From IMG/VR virus record IMGVR_UViG_3300028384_000673, positions 45,352 to 109,351 of that record: 64,000 nucleotides of DNA. One strand, 5' to 3'. Under the pieces are notes generated by a model. The model had not been told where the DNA came from. It saw only the letters and a program-made list of their open reading frames with translations, and did no database searches. Shown here piece by piece: positions 24,758 to 39,700 of the stretch. The first letter of the stretch is position 1. Each line of letters begins with the position of its first letter. The translations under genes and the position numbers were made by a program. The DNA is from a virus.

Positions 24758-27700
24758 ATGTTCGCAGACAGAATTAACATCTCGGATAGAGTTGAAAATC
24801 AACTTCCCGAGTTCATTAGGGAAGAAGATCAACAACTTGTCAATTTTCTCTTTGAGTATTATTCCTCACAGGAGAAAACTGGACGCCCATTTAATGTTCT
24901 GAATAATCTGCTTACTTATTTGGATCTAGATGCGTATGATCCAAAAGTTCTTAATTCTGAGACTACTCTGATTAAAGATGTTGATCCTAGTATCGATCAT
25001 ATTGAAGTAGAACAGATTGATGGTTTCTTGCCGAACAATGGTTCGGTGATGATTGATAACGAAGTCATCTATTACAGTGAAACTGTACGTGGTCCTGATG
25101 CTATTTTGACTCCTGGCATCAGTCTGCAAGAATTTAACAAGAAGAGACAGGCACTAGAATCTCCTTGGGTTGAATTTGACGGTACTCGTACTACTTTTGA
25201 CCTCAAATTCCTCGGAACTCCCGTATCTCCCGTATCAGCAGATCACCTTGCTGTAACTATTTACGGAGATCTGCTAATTCCTGATACGGATTATACGATT
25301 AGTGGTTCTGAAATCACATTTACTACCGCACCTCGTGCTAGGACTGGTAATGATCAGGTAGAACTGACGCAGATCCTGTATTACATCGGTTTTGCTGACG
25401 CTACTGTTAAAGAACTGACCCTTCCTGCTATTTCTGAACTTGCAGGACAGGATTCGATGACTGTTCAATATGATAATCTTCCGTATGCACCTATTGCTGA
25501 GATCGGTCTGATTATTAACCGTAACGGAGTGCTGCAACGTCCGTTTGATGACTATGTTCTGACGGATAATAACAGTAAAATTAAGTTCTTTGTTAATATA
25601 ACTCCTCAGGACACTTTCCACATTCGTTCTATTGAGTATGTGTCTCCATCTGTGGGATCTGGCGCAGAGGCAGTCACCAGAGTTGGTATAAATGGCGAAA
25701 TTGAAGCAATCACTATCAAGAATGGTGGTTCTGGGTACAAACTTAACTTTGCACCCAAAGTATCAATTTTCTCTTCTACTGGTATCGGCACTGGTGCTGC
25801 TGCAAGGTCCCTTGTTAATGGTATTAAGGACGTAAGACTCATTAACGGTGGTCAAGGTTACTCTGCAAACAACCCTCCTGTTGTTAGAATTACCGAACCT
25901 AGTGATTTGATCAATGGTTCTCGTGCCGCTGCTAAAATTACAGTTGACGACACTACTGGTCAGGTTTCTGGAATTGAAATCACCAATTCTGGTTCTGGAT
26001 ATGACTTCATTCCTGCTATTACGTTTGTAAATCCCAGCGGTGGTGAAGTTTCTGGTTGTCAGATTGACTCTGAGGGTCGTCTTGTCGTTAATTCTATTAC
26101 TGTAACTAAGGGTGGTCTTGGTTATAGCAATCCTCCTCAAATCTATGTTGATCCTGCACCCGAAGATGGTATTAATGCAGAAGTAACTGCAAGTGTTGCT
26201 CCTGATGGAACTCTGTCGGGTGTTACGATTACTAATAGAGGTCGTGGATATACTACTGCACCCAAAGTTCGTGTTATCCAACCTGTTGGTGCTCAGGTTC
26301 TTGATGTTAATGTTGCTAACGGTAGTGTTACTAACATCAACCTGTTGACTGGTGGTAAAGGTTACACTGATGCACCGTCTATCTACATTGTGGATGACCG
26401 TAAGGACTCTGCTGGCGAATTTATCGGTGGTACTGGTGCAACTGCTGTTGCAACTATTTTTAATGGTGCAATTACCGATATTAACATCACCAATTTCGGT
26501 GAAGGGTATTCTACTACTGAACCACCTAAGGTTTACATCGCAGAACCGCTTTCTGCACAAGCATCTTGTGATGTTGGTTTCGGTGAGGTCACTGGTTGTG
26601 TGATTAGATCTTCTGGTGAAGACTATGAGGCATCGGCACTACGTGGATGTGCTCGTGGTGTCTCGGATGTAGTCCAATTTGACAATTATGGTAACCAAGT
26701 CTATGCCAAAGAAGAACAACTGAGACAAAGTGACCATAATCGGGGCACTATTGTTCATAACTTGGATTCGACGATCATTAGACAGGTTTTTGACAAGTTC
26801 CGTCGTCAATATATGCCTACGATCGATATTGACTATTCACAGGTCAATCCGATTCAAGTTATTAAGACTATTAAAGATTTCTACATCTCTAAGGGTACGA
26901 AAACTGCTACTCAGTATCTGTTTAAGATTCTGTTTGGTGAAGAAGTTGATGTTTTCTATCCCAGAGACGAACTGATCACTCCTTCTGCTGCATCCTGGGT
27001 TGTTGACACTATTCTTCGTGCAGAATTGATTTCTGGTGATCCTGCTAATCTTCCAAATGCAGAATTGCGTCAATTTGCAGATAGCGTTGATCAAAATATC
27101 AAAGACGCTTCGGTTCTGATCGAAAATGTCATCTCGATTATTGAAGGTACTGATACTATCTACGAATTGACAATTTCGGAGGAAACTCTGAGTGGTGTAT
27201 TCAAAATTCCTTATAAAACTGTTCTTGTTGAACCTCTTGACACTGTTGAGAACATTATTACTGTTGACTCAACTATTGGATGGCCTGAAAAGAATGGTAC
27301 TATCATTATTGATGACCAAGAAGTCATTCAGTACAAAGATAAGTCTCTGAACCAGTTTATCGAGTGTACTCGTTCCAAAAATGGCGTTGTAGAAGATTGG
27401 GATCCTGGCACTGATATCTTTTCTGATATTTTCGTTTATGTAAACAGGGGTCAAGATAATGAAGTTAAACTGCGTGTTCTCGGTATTGCAGAAGCAGGCA
27501 CTACCGTTCTTGAAGACAGTGGTTCATATTACTTGCCAGGTGATAAGCTTAATGTGGCTTCTTTGGGTAGCAGTGACGATGATGAGCGTTTACAATCATG
27601 GTTGTACAACGTTAAGAAACTCATCAAGGTCACATCGATTACTCCTGGGGGATCCAATAACCAGACTGCGACAGTTACATGTTCCAATCCCCATGGTTTG

Positions 27701-30700
27701 CTCGTAGAAGACAAAGTTACTATCTACGGTGCCAACCCAGCTGTATTTAACGGAACTTATGAGGTAACTTCTCGACTTAATGATTTTACCTTCACTTACG
27801 CAATTCCTGTTCCTACTCAGATTGTTCCTGAGGGTAATATTCTTCTGTCGGTTGACTTGAACAGAGGTAAGTCTCAGGTTAATTCTATTAACGACGTTAT
27901 CTCTCTGTTTACGTCAAATATTCAGAACTCTTTCTTTAATAATGATTACGTTTACGTTGCTGCTTCTGGTCTTCCCAACTATAAGGTTGGTCCTTTCGAG
28001 GGTTCTGCTCTAATTCCTGGTAACCAGCGTAAACTGCTCAGATTCCCCAGAGTAGTCAATACTGTCTCAACTAGAACTACGGTCAAACCTAATAACCCGA
28101 TTGGATCCTGGGTTAATGGTGTTGCTGCTTGGGGTTATAAGTCTAAGGACTATGTGACTTTTGGTCCTTTGACTGCAATCGCTATTACCAACAATGGTAT
28201 CGATTATGATGCTGGAAGTAAACCTGCACTGCAAATTTCTGGTGGAGGAGGAACTGGCGCATCAGCATCTGTTACTGTTAACGGATCACTGTTCTCTATT
28301 GATGTCACCAACGAAGGCAGTGGTTATAAGACCCAACCTTTGATCTCTATTGTTGGTGGTGGTGGATCTGGCGCAACCGCACAAGCAGTTGTCACCAACG
28401 GAAGAGTGACTCGTATTCTGGTTGAAAACGCAGGTACTGGATATACTTCTCAACCCACTATTTCTATTACTGGTGGTGATGGTATTGGAGCAACTGCAAC
28501 TGCACAAGTTCGTGGCCCTATCTCTGCGGTCACCTTAACTTCTAAGGGTTCTGGGTATACTTCTACTCCTGAGATCAAACTGAATTCTGGTGAAGGTGCT
28601 CTGGCACAACCTATTGTAATTAACGGTCGTATTGTTTCGATCGCTATCATTAACTCTGGTGAAAACTATACCACTGCACCTACTGTCTACATCAATGGTG
28701 ATGGTTTCGGTGCTCAGGCACAAGCAGTTATTGGAACTCTGGGTGAAGATAAAGGTAAGGTTGTTTCTATCCAAATTACTAATAAAGGTGTTGGATATAC
28801 CCAAGGTAATACCACTATTCGTTTGGAAGCAGTTGGTCAACTTGCTACCTTTGAAGCAAGCGTATTCCAATGGAATAAGAACTTAGAATATGACCTGAAC
28901 AGCAAGTATGACGTTGCTCGTGGTTATGTGTTTACTGGTTTCAATAATCAGTACGGTGGTGAGTATGGTCACATCTCTGACCCCAAAGAACTGCGTTATG
29001 TAGTTGGAGACAACGTTGTTCTCGATCCACAAACTCAAAGATTCCGTGAGATCGGTCAGAACGAAGCACACTCTCCGATTTTGGGTTGGGCATTTGATGG
29101 TAACCCGATTTACGGTCCTTATGGTTATATTGACCCGACTGATCAGAACAGTGGTCTTAGAAGAATGCGTTCTTCTTACAAACTGAAAGATGAGGTTGTA
29201 TATGACATCGATACTAACCCCACTCCCGCTAGAACAGATGGTCCTGCACTTTCGACCTATCCTGCTGGCACTTTCGTCAATGATTATGAATATTCTTTCC
29301 AGAGGGGCGACCTAGATCTATATAACGGTCGTTTCTGTAAGACTCCTGATTATCCCGATGGAACTTACGCATATTTCATCACTATCGATGAATCTGAGAC
29401 GGGTCTGCCTGTATTCCCTTATATCTTGGGTCCTGAGTACAACTCTGTTGTTGATATCTGGAATCTGAGTCAATCTGCTATTCAAGAGAACATTCCTGCC
29501 GACGTTTCTCGTTTCAGAGATCCATATGTGAATGTTGACATCGATATTGACCGTCAACCTAACCAACGCTCTGATGAATTCGTTACTGAGCGAGAAGGTG
29601 ACGTTCTTGTCTTTGAAATCGAAGATACTGATAATGATGGTATCATCAGTCCTTCTGAAATCGCAACTCTCAATGCAATCACCGAAGAAGCGGCATTGCA
29701 GATCTATGATTACTTCCCGAGAGTTTCTGCCGAGTCCAGAGTGGATATTGAGGTCGAAACTACTACTAAATTTGAATCTGCACAGATTGATGGATTTGTG
29801 ATCGAGAATCCTGGTGTTTCTTATCAGGTTAACGACACTCTCTTCTTTGATAACACCGATACTGATGGTTTTGGTGCATCTGCCCAAGTTGAGTCAGTTA
29901 CTGGTCGTCCAATCAGTGCTTATCGTAAGGAAATCATCAATGACCAACCTTATGGCAAAATTACCACTGAAAGTGATCATGAACTGATTGCACAAGACGA
30001 AATTATCGTTACTTCCAAAGTTATTACTGATAATACCAATAAGCGTTTCTACATGTCCGTTGTGACAGGTATTGAGAGTATTACCGTCGATCAGATTGGT
30101 GTTGGTTATAGTGAGGCACTTCCTCCATCTTATGAGATCATTTCTACTCAGGGTCAGGATGTTGAGTTGGATATTAAACTCGATGTCACTACTGGTAAGA
30201 TTGATAAGGTAGAGATCATTAATTCTGGTTTTAATTACTCAACTGATAATGTTCCTCAAATTAGAGTATCTCACCCCCAACAATTTAAGAAGACTTATTA
30301 TTGGGTTAATCAATATGTAGATAGTGGTGTAAATGGTGGCACATTTGAAATTTTTGATATTGCAACTACAAAGGATCGTAGTACTTACGTTTGTGGTGAA
30401 CTTACTCAATCTAATGGCGATACTGCCGCTTTCTTGGCAAAATTCTCAGACTTGGGTAGTCTAGTTTGGGATAGAACTCTTCTGCCTTCTTCTAGCAGAA
30501 AGGTGGCGAGATTCCGTCGTATGTATATTGATGAGACCTCCGAAACCAATCATCTGATTTATGTGGTAGGCGAAAGTGAATCTCAAACTGAATCTGGATA
30601 TAATCCCGATATCTTGGTCGCCAAATATGAATCTGGTCTCAATAATGCTAATAATCCCGAAGGTATCGTAAGATTCCAAAAAGAGATTGCTGGTGTCTCT

Positions 30701-33700
30701 GGTAGTACTCGTCGTGATTATGCTGGTGATATTTACCTGGATGATGAGCAAAGAGTATATCTCTGTGGTTGGACTGATACCAACTCTCCCGATCCTGATG
30801 ATATTTGGGTTATTCAACTTAATAACCAAGGTGATCTGATCGAGAAGCGTAAGTTTGCTTCTGACACCGAAGGTGAACAGATGCACCAACTGTATTACAT
30901 TGGTGATAACAAAGTTATCTTTGCTGGTATTGATCTCGATAACAATGATCTCATGTTTGGTGAGATGTCATATGATGGTGCAAATATTGAATTGAATTAC
31001 GTTAAGAGACTTGCTATTAGTGGTGGTCAGGTACAACGACCTCAGTTTGTTCTCGATTCTTATAATGATCTGTTCTTTGTATGTGATATGTGGAATGGCA
31101 CCAAACACTATGGTGTTGCATTCTTCAAGATTGCAATGTCACAGATCAGATTGACTGCTGCAACCCCTGAATATGAGTTTTCTAAGATTCTCGCTCCTAG
31201 CGTAACATTTGAATCTATTCAACACGCTGGTATCACTCTCGATGAGTTTGATAATGTCAATGTCATCACTCATATCCAGTATGAGGATAACAATCAGCAG
31301 GCAGTTATTAACTACTTTAAGTATGACGGCACTTCCCTTTACAAGTCTAATGTGATTCGTGGTGAGTGGAATACTACTGATAGTGATACTGACTATGGTC
31401 TTGGATTCACTGCATTCCAGCATGGTGTAGATAACTCTGGTGACGTTATTCTTCCTATCAACGTACAGAAATCTGTACAGTCTGCTGTATATCGTTTCAA
31501 CGATGGTGATGACTTGTCATTCGATGCAACTAAGCAAAAGAAGGCATACACTACTACTGGAACTGCTACTAGAAGCACTGCTCAGAAGAAGTTTGGTGCA
31601 TCTTCCCTCGAACTTGCTTCCAACAGTAGTTTGAATTGGCAAGACTTTAATAATGATGAGTGGTCTGTTGTCTTCTGGGCAAGATTGACTGCTGCTCACG
31701 CTTCTACCAATCCTCAAATGGAAATGGTTACTGCTGTTGATGATTCTGGCAGTAAAGTACGATTCATCATCAATGGTGATTCTACTGATGGTAATGACGG
31801 TAAGTGTACTCTTATCATTGATGATGGTAATGGCGGTGGAACCACTGTCCATTCTGTTGGTTCTACTTATTTCTCCACCATGGAGAACGAAGGTTGGCAC
31901 CATATTGCTGTGGTCAAGGAAGAACCCACTCTTGGTTCTTATGTATATTCTGCATTCTTCGATGGAGTACAGGTTTGTACTGCAACTAGAACCGAAGATA
32001 TTGCAATGGACGATCTGACTATTGCTAACAATGTTGGTGCTCCTGCTGCTAATAAGTCATTCAGAGGATTTATTGATGATCTTGTAATTGAAGGTAGAGC
32101 AGTTTATACTGGTGCTTCCCTGACCGTTCCTACTGAGCGTTATAGAATTACTACTAAGAACTCTGGTATGGATCTGGTTAAGTTTGACCGATTGCATAGT
32201 AAGCGTGATGACTATCAGATCGAGACCCAAGGTGTGGTATTCAATGAGAATACTAATCTCAATATCAACACACTGAATAACCCAGTCATTACTGTTTGGA
32301 ATGAAGGTTCTTCTGGTTTGCAGATTCTTGACTACTCCGATGTAGTATCAACTTTGTCTCCTGGAACTTACACTTTCCAAGAGACTGTCACCACCTTTAC
32401 TTCTAAGACCTCTACTATTCCTTCTCCACTTGGTAAGAGACTTCTCATCAGTCCTAACGTGGTGGCAAAGTATTACGTTAGAGATGCTTCTTATTCTAAG
32501 ATTGATAATGTCAAGCAGTTCACCTTTAACCAAAATATCAAGTTCACCAAAGGAACGACTATTGAACAATTTAACGCCCAGGGTGTAACTCAGGCATATG
32601 GCACTATTGTTGAAACTCCTACTGGAACGGTTGATAATCCTGGTTTGGGTAACACTTATAAGATCGGTAAGATCTTTGGTACTTTTAATAATGATGATAG
32701 ATTCAGAAACTCAACTGGTGAAGAGAACACTATTGACGGTCAAGTGTTTGCGGTCAAGCGTTCGCAAGATGAGTGGGTAACAAACAAAGCATATTCTGTG
32801 GGCGATCAGGTTTATAGTGACGGTAAGATATATGCTGCTACTAATAACGCTACTTCTGGTTCAACTGCTCCTGAGCATAGTATCGGCATTGTAACTGATG
32901 GTGCTGTTCTCTGGAACTACATTAGTGCCTCTGGAACGCTGCAAGTTTCGCTCGCTAATTTCCCGTGGCCGAAACCTGTGGAAAACGAATGGGAAACCAA
33001 TCGTTCATATGCTATCAACGACTTTGTATACTTTGGTCGTTATAAGTATCAAGCAACCACTGCTGGTCTTTCTGGTTCTACTAGTCCGACGCACACGAGT
33101 GGTATTGTTAGTGATGGAAATGTCAGTTGGCAGTACATTAGTACATATGATCCACTCTCTGATTACGCACGTTTCCGTCCGTATAGAGAAGAAGATTATA
33201 CTGTTCAGATCATGGAGGTCTACTCCGATTCTGACTTCATCGTTGGTGACGTAGTTTCTCTTGGCGGATCGATTACTGCTGCACCTAATTCGGATAATCC
33301 TAAGATTGCTGATCTTACTGGTTTGAGCAGTGTTAAAGAAATTAAACTCACTGTTAATCTTGATAAGGACATTCTTAGAACTGCTGAGGGTAGATCTGAT
33401 CTCATCTATGCAACTGCTGTCACTCCTCACAACTTTGAGGATGGTGATATCCTGTTCGTTGAAGGATTCTCAACTAACGAGTTTAACGGTTCATTCTTCG
33501 TTAAAGAAGTCTTCTCTTCCAGAGATTTCATCTATACACTTAGAGCAACTGCTTCTCAGGATCCACAATTCGCTCAGGGTGCTATTTCTCGGGTGAAGAT
33601 CTCTTCTAAGCACCCAACTCTACAACTGGTTAGAAATCACTCTTATATCTTTGATATGAGCGATGCTTCTAACTTCGGTTATTACTTATCTTTCTCTGAG

Positions 33701-36700
33701 GATAATCAGTACAAGTTGGAATACTCTTTCAACGTGATTGAACGTGAAGGTACTCCTGGACTCTCTTCTGCTACTGAAATTCCCATCGTCAAGTTTACTA
33801 TTGGTGGAGAAGTTACCAATATTACATATTATTATGATCCGTCTAGAACTGGTGCTACATCTCCTGTGGGAACCAATTCATTCATTGACGTTATCAAGAC
33901 TCCTTTTGATGGTAAGTTTACAATTAGTGAAGTTCTCAGCGATACTGAGTTTAGATTCCCACTGCTACACGAGCCCGAGTTCACTAATGCTGAGATTACT
34001 GAGGATGATAATGATATACCAAGATCGTCTTATTCTACAACTTCACTGAAAGCGATCGGTCCTATCAATACCATTAAACTGATTTCTCCTGGTGGATTCT
34101 ATAAGAAACTACCTGTTATCTCCGATATTGCTTCTGATCGTAAAATTGAAAAAGTTAGAATCACTAATGGTGGTACTGAGTACCAACCTGGTGTCTATAC
34201 TCAGGTGCCTATCTTGGGTGATGGTGAAGGCGGTTTGGTGCAAATCACTGTTGAAAACGATGAAGAGATTGGATCTGGTACTATCACCGATGTTCAACTG
34301 ACCGATCCTGGTAAAGGTTATACTACTGCCTCTATCGACGTTGATGGCATCGAAGGTATTCTTGGTTCAACTCTCTCTGGTTCTGGTGCAGAACTTGAAG
34401 TTGTGATTCCTTCCGAGGGTAGTGGTGCTGCTGTATTCCTCACTGGTAGACAGATCGGTAAGATCAAAACCTTGAAGAACAATGAGTTTGGTTATGGTTA
34501 TTCTCATGACTACACTCTGCGTCCTGAGATTGCATTCCCAATTAACCTGCAACTCTTCAATACCTCTATTCTTTCTCAGATCAAGATCACCAATCCTGGT
34601 TCTGGTTATACTTCTGCTCCTTCTGTCATCATCTCTGGTGGCGGTGGATCTGGTGCTGAGGCAGAAGCAGTTGTTAAGAACAACAGACTGTCTGAGGTTC
34701 TGATCAAAAACCCTGGTGCTGGTTACTCTTCACAACCATCAGTTACTCTGAAATCTGAGTTCACCTATGTTGTAAACCTTGACTTGAACTACTTGCAGTT
34801 CAACTTCCCTCATGGTATTACCACTGGTGCTGAGGTTCAGTTCCGTGCTGATGCTATTGGTTCTACGGTTGGTGTTTTGCCGAAACCCAGTAGCGTTGGT
34901 TTGACCGCTCTGTCTTCTTCTCAGACCTATTATGCTATTGCTGGAAATGCAAATGGTCTGGAAACTGACCAACTTCGTTTCGCACTTACTAGGGTTGACG
35001 CAGAATCTGGTAACTTTATTACCTTCTTGACCCAGGGTGATGGTCGTCAGGTGCTTCTTACCGAAGTGTTTGGTGGTCAAGCAGAAGCAGTGGTTGAGAC
35101 TTCTCGTTTCCTGGAAGGCGAAGAAGTTTTCCAAGGTGAAAGTTATGAATTAGCAAGTGCCTTCGGTGTTGTTTCTGAAAACGATGGATGGCAGATTGAA
35201 CCCAAGATCCTAAAAGTTACTAATCCCAATGGTGACTTTGTTGTGGGTGGTAAGGTGCAGGGTGTTATCTCTCGTGCATCTGGTTTGATTGATAATATCA
35301 ATATTGCTAAGGGTGTGCTCAACATTGATGCTATTACCAAGACTCCTGGTAGATTTATCGATGACGTGGGTAAACCTTCCGAGATCGTTCAAAAGATTCA
35401 AGACTCTTTCTTCTATCAGAACTTCTCGTATGTGGTTAAGTCCAAGATTCCCATCAACAGATGGAAGACTCAGATCTTGGAGAATAACCATCCTGTTGGT
35501 TTCAGCATGTTCGGTCAACTCGAACTGACTGGTGGTAAGGACGTTTCTGGTCGTAAAGTTGACGCTGGTTTCACCAAACAGGTGAACATCAATGAGTATA
35601 CGAACGTTAACCAGATCACCTCCTTTGGTGCTGCTCAACCGATCTACTCAACCTTCAATAACTCCGAAGTTCTCTTCCGTAAGAAGAGACTGACTAACTC
35701 TGAGGAAATTCTAACTTCGATTGTTAAGAAGATTGATGATATTTCTATTCTATTCAATGGTGAACGTAAATCGTTCCCAATGACAGTAGAAGGTGAGAAT
35801 CAAATTGTTAAAGCAAATCAACTGCTGGTCACCCTCAATGGTATAATTCAATCACCTGGTAGTTCTTATCAAGTTGTTGGTAACAATATTATCTTCGCTG
35901 AACCTCCAAAACCCGACTCTAAGATTACTTATAGAAATGTCGAATTTGACATTCTGCCCATTACTCGCCTGAATCTGAATACCATTGGTGGTATCTTCCC
36001 CGAACTAGGTGATACTGTCAACGGTTTTGAATCTGAGGCAAGAGCAAAGGTTGTAGCAACTGGTGCTACTAGCATCGATATTGTTGAGATCACTGGTGGT
36101 CCTTTCCAACTGAATGAGCGTATCGATGTTAGTAGAACTGGATTCAGCGCACTGATTGGTTCTATCGATAACAGTATTACAAAACTGTATCTTGAAAATG
36201 TTGGTGGCACTTTCACTCAGACAGCACTTGGTGGTGTCAGAATCACTGGTCAAACAACTGGTGCTACTGCAACTATCTTCACTGTCAATCCTACTGATGT
36301 AACTGTTGATGTCATTGATATGGCAAATGGTTATTTTGAAAGAGGTGAGGAAATCACATTCTTTGGTCTCCAATATGGTGCTGAAATTCTGAATGTTGAT
36401 AGTGTTAACTATAAGACTATCTTTGAGTTTGGTGAGACTATCTCTAACTTGGATGGTGATAAGGCAATCATTGAAGAGACTAACCAGGATCTGGATGGCA
36501 ACATTTCTGATAAGTTGGTTCTGTCGAAGACTTCTGGTACTGCTGAATATGAAACTGGTGCATATAACGTGCTCCTAAATGATGTTATCTACTCTGCATC
36601 CTCTAATATTGCTGCTAAGATCACTGCAATTTCTCCTTATAGAGATCCTATTGTCAGCATCAACTTGGTTCGTCCTACTAGTGCTGGCGGTGGTTCTTGG

Positions 36701-39700
36701 AGCACCCTGACTGAGGGAACTAAATTCCAAAACCAGACTGGTCTTGCTACGGGTGAAGTCGTCAGAGTGGATATGGATGCATCTCCACCAGTTCTGTACT
36801 ACCTGAAATCCAGTGAGGCAGACATTGCAGAGGATGATGTAATCCAAGAGTATACTTCTGATCCTGTAAATCCTGAGCAAAGAATTCTTGGCACCAAAAC
36901 TGAAACCGTTGCTGGTGAAATTAGATTGGGTGATATTGTTGATACTCTGACTATCAATAAAGGTTCTTCTTTCTTCGGTATAATCTTTGAACGTCTGATT
37001 TCGTTGACTAATGCCAACGTGATTGTTGATGATATTTCTAAGACTACCATTACTCCTACTGAACTTTCCGACGCTGATCAACGTATCAATGCGGACTTCC
37101 TGGATTTTGAACAGGTTCGTTCTACTGAGATTGAGTATGAAAATCTGACTGGCGGTACTATCGCTGCTGATGATGTTCTGCGCTCTATCACGTTTGAGTA
37201 TGGCAACACTGTTACCAACTCTAAGAACAGATGGAAAGATGCTGGTCGTATGATCGGTCTGAACCGTGATGAGATTGTTGATTTTGCTAACGCAGAAATC
37301 GCCGTCGAGCATCCTGGTTTCTACTATCCTGGTGATAACACCACTGATCAGTGGTCCAGATATGCTGATGCTTATCGTCTGATTCAGAAGAACAGAGAGT
37401 ATATCATCGCCAAGGCATATGTCCTGATGACTGCTGAGTATCCTGCTCTTTCTGTTCCTTCGGAAGATAAGTGCAAGCGTGACATTGGTTACTTCATCGA
37501 TGCTCTTTCCTTTGATACTTATTCTGGTGGCACTGTTTATACTCGTAAACTGGCACAGAAGTATTTCTCCACTGATGGAACTCAATTCCTCTATGTAAAT
37601 AACGAAGCAGAAGCGACTGAGTTTGCTTTTGAGAAAGCAACTGAACTCATGCGTCAGGCACTCAGAAATGATCTGGATGGTTCTGAGGTTGTTGGTGGTG
37701 TTACTTACATCTTCTATAACGAGAGAACTACTGGTGGATCTGGTGGTACTGGTATCACTGCTGATCCTTCGCCTGGTAATCCTTATGGCACTGCTGGTTC
37801 CAATGAGCAGAACTATGGAACCAATAACTGCTCTGACGTACAATCTGCGCTGCAAACTCTGTTTGATAACATCTCAGTTATCCTGCTTGCTGGTTCTCTC
37901 GCAGACCTACTTGATGAAGTTACTCCAACTCAATACAGCGCCAATGAAATCAAGTGTCGTCGTGACATCGGTCTGCTGCTTGACGCAATTCAGGCAGATA
38001 TTACTGATGATGGCAACTACAAGACTGTTGAATTTGTCCGCTCCTACTTCGATGCCTCTGGTTCTCCGATCACCAACGGTCTCGTAGGTGAAACTGCTGA
38101 GTCCCTCACTGCATTCAGAAAAGCAGGTGAACTCTGCCGTATGGCAATTAACAACCTACTGTATTCTCAGGTCAATACTAGAACAGCAGAAGCAGGTTAC
38201 ATGCTGAAAGATCCAACTACGTACGCTGGTCCTTACCTGGGTGCAACTGGATCTACTCTGCAAGAGTTTGACGTGTCTAATGCCGTTTACACGCCTGGTA
38301 CTGGCGTGATGGTTCTGACTATCGGTACTCACTCACTGACTACCTCAGATTCTCTGACTATCCGTCCTTACTCTTTGAGATTTACTTGTGCAAGTGATAG
38401 TAATGCATCGTTCCACGATTATCCTCGTACTGGTGATCCTGCATTCAATACTGCTCTGAGTATTACTGCAACTACTGCAACCACAGTTACTGTGAATGTT
38501 GGTGATGCTGGAACTGCATCTGGTCAGGCACACACCTTTATCAGCGCACTGGATAATGCAGTGTTTGTTGGTGGCGGTACTGAGGCAGCATACTATGATC
38601 CAAATTATGCTAGCGGTAGAAACGAAAGCATTCAGCATTGTGCTGATGTTCAGGCAGGAATTCATACCTTGGTTGAAATTGCTGCTACTGCAATCGGTGC
38701 TGGTAACCTCAACAACGTCAATGCTCTTTCCACCATCACCGATGGTACTTATAATGAGAATGAGAACATTCGTGCATTGAAGATTGCATACAAAGATCGT
38801 GCAGGATCTGGATTCTTCATTCCTGGCGATACTCTCAGAGGTTATTCTTCGGGTGCCTCTATGACAGTCAAAGGTGTTAACTCTGGTTTGAAGTGGGTCT
38901 TCACCAACTCAATTACTGGTACTTTCACTGATAGAGAATGGATTACCAACTCTAAACTGACTGCTAATGGCACGATTGGTTTGACCAAGTTAGAGAAGAA
39001 GACAGGTACTCAGTCTCTACACTTCCAAACTCACACTGGTCTGACCCACGCTCTGTCTGATGTTAACAATTTCGGTACTGCCGACTTTACCATTGAGATG
39101 TGGATTCGTCCTTCTACTAACCCTCAGACTGGAATCAAGTATCTGTATGACAGCAGAACTCAGATTGCAACTCTGACTGGTTCTCCTGTTCTGTACTTAG
39201 AAAACAATTCGATTAAGTTCTGGTTGAATGGTACTGATCAGATTTCGGGCGCACATAACATGACAGTTGACACTTGGCATCACGTTGCTGTGTCTAGAAC
39301 TACTGGTATCACTAAGGTTTGGGTTGATGGCGCTCAGGTTGGTGGTGATTATTCTGATAGCAACAACTATCTGGAACGTCCGTTCAGAATCGCAGCGGGT
39401 TGGGATGGTACTAATACCTTCCAAGGTCATATAGACAACCTTTTGATTCATAAAGAATCCTTGTATTCTGCTACGTTTACTCCTGGATCTACTTATCCGA
39501 CGAACACTGCAAATGTGTCTTTCGGTATGAGCATGGAGACTCCAATTATCGTCAGTACCGAAGAGTCTTACGCTAAGTTCACTGGTCAGACCAACTCTGC
39601 TGCCACTGCTAAGAAGGTCAACTATGATGATCGTGAAATCACGATTGAAGATATTGATCTTGCACGTGATGAGCATCGTAAGTGTGCTGACATGCTGGAA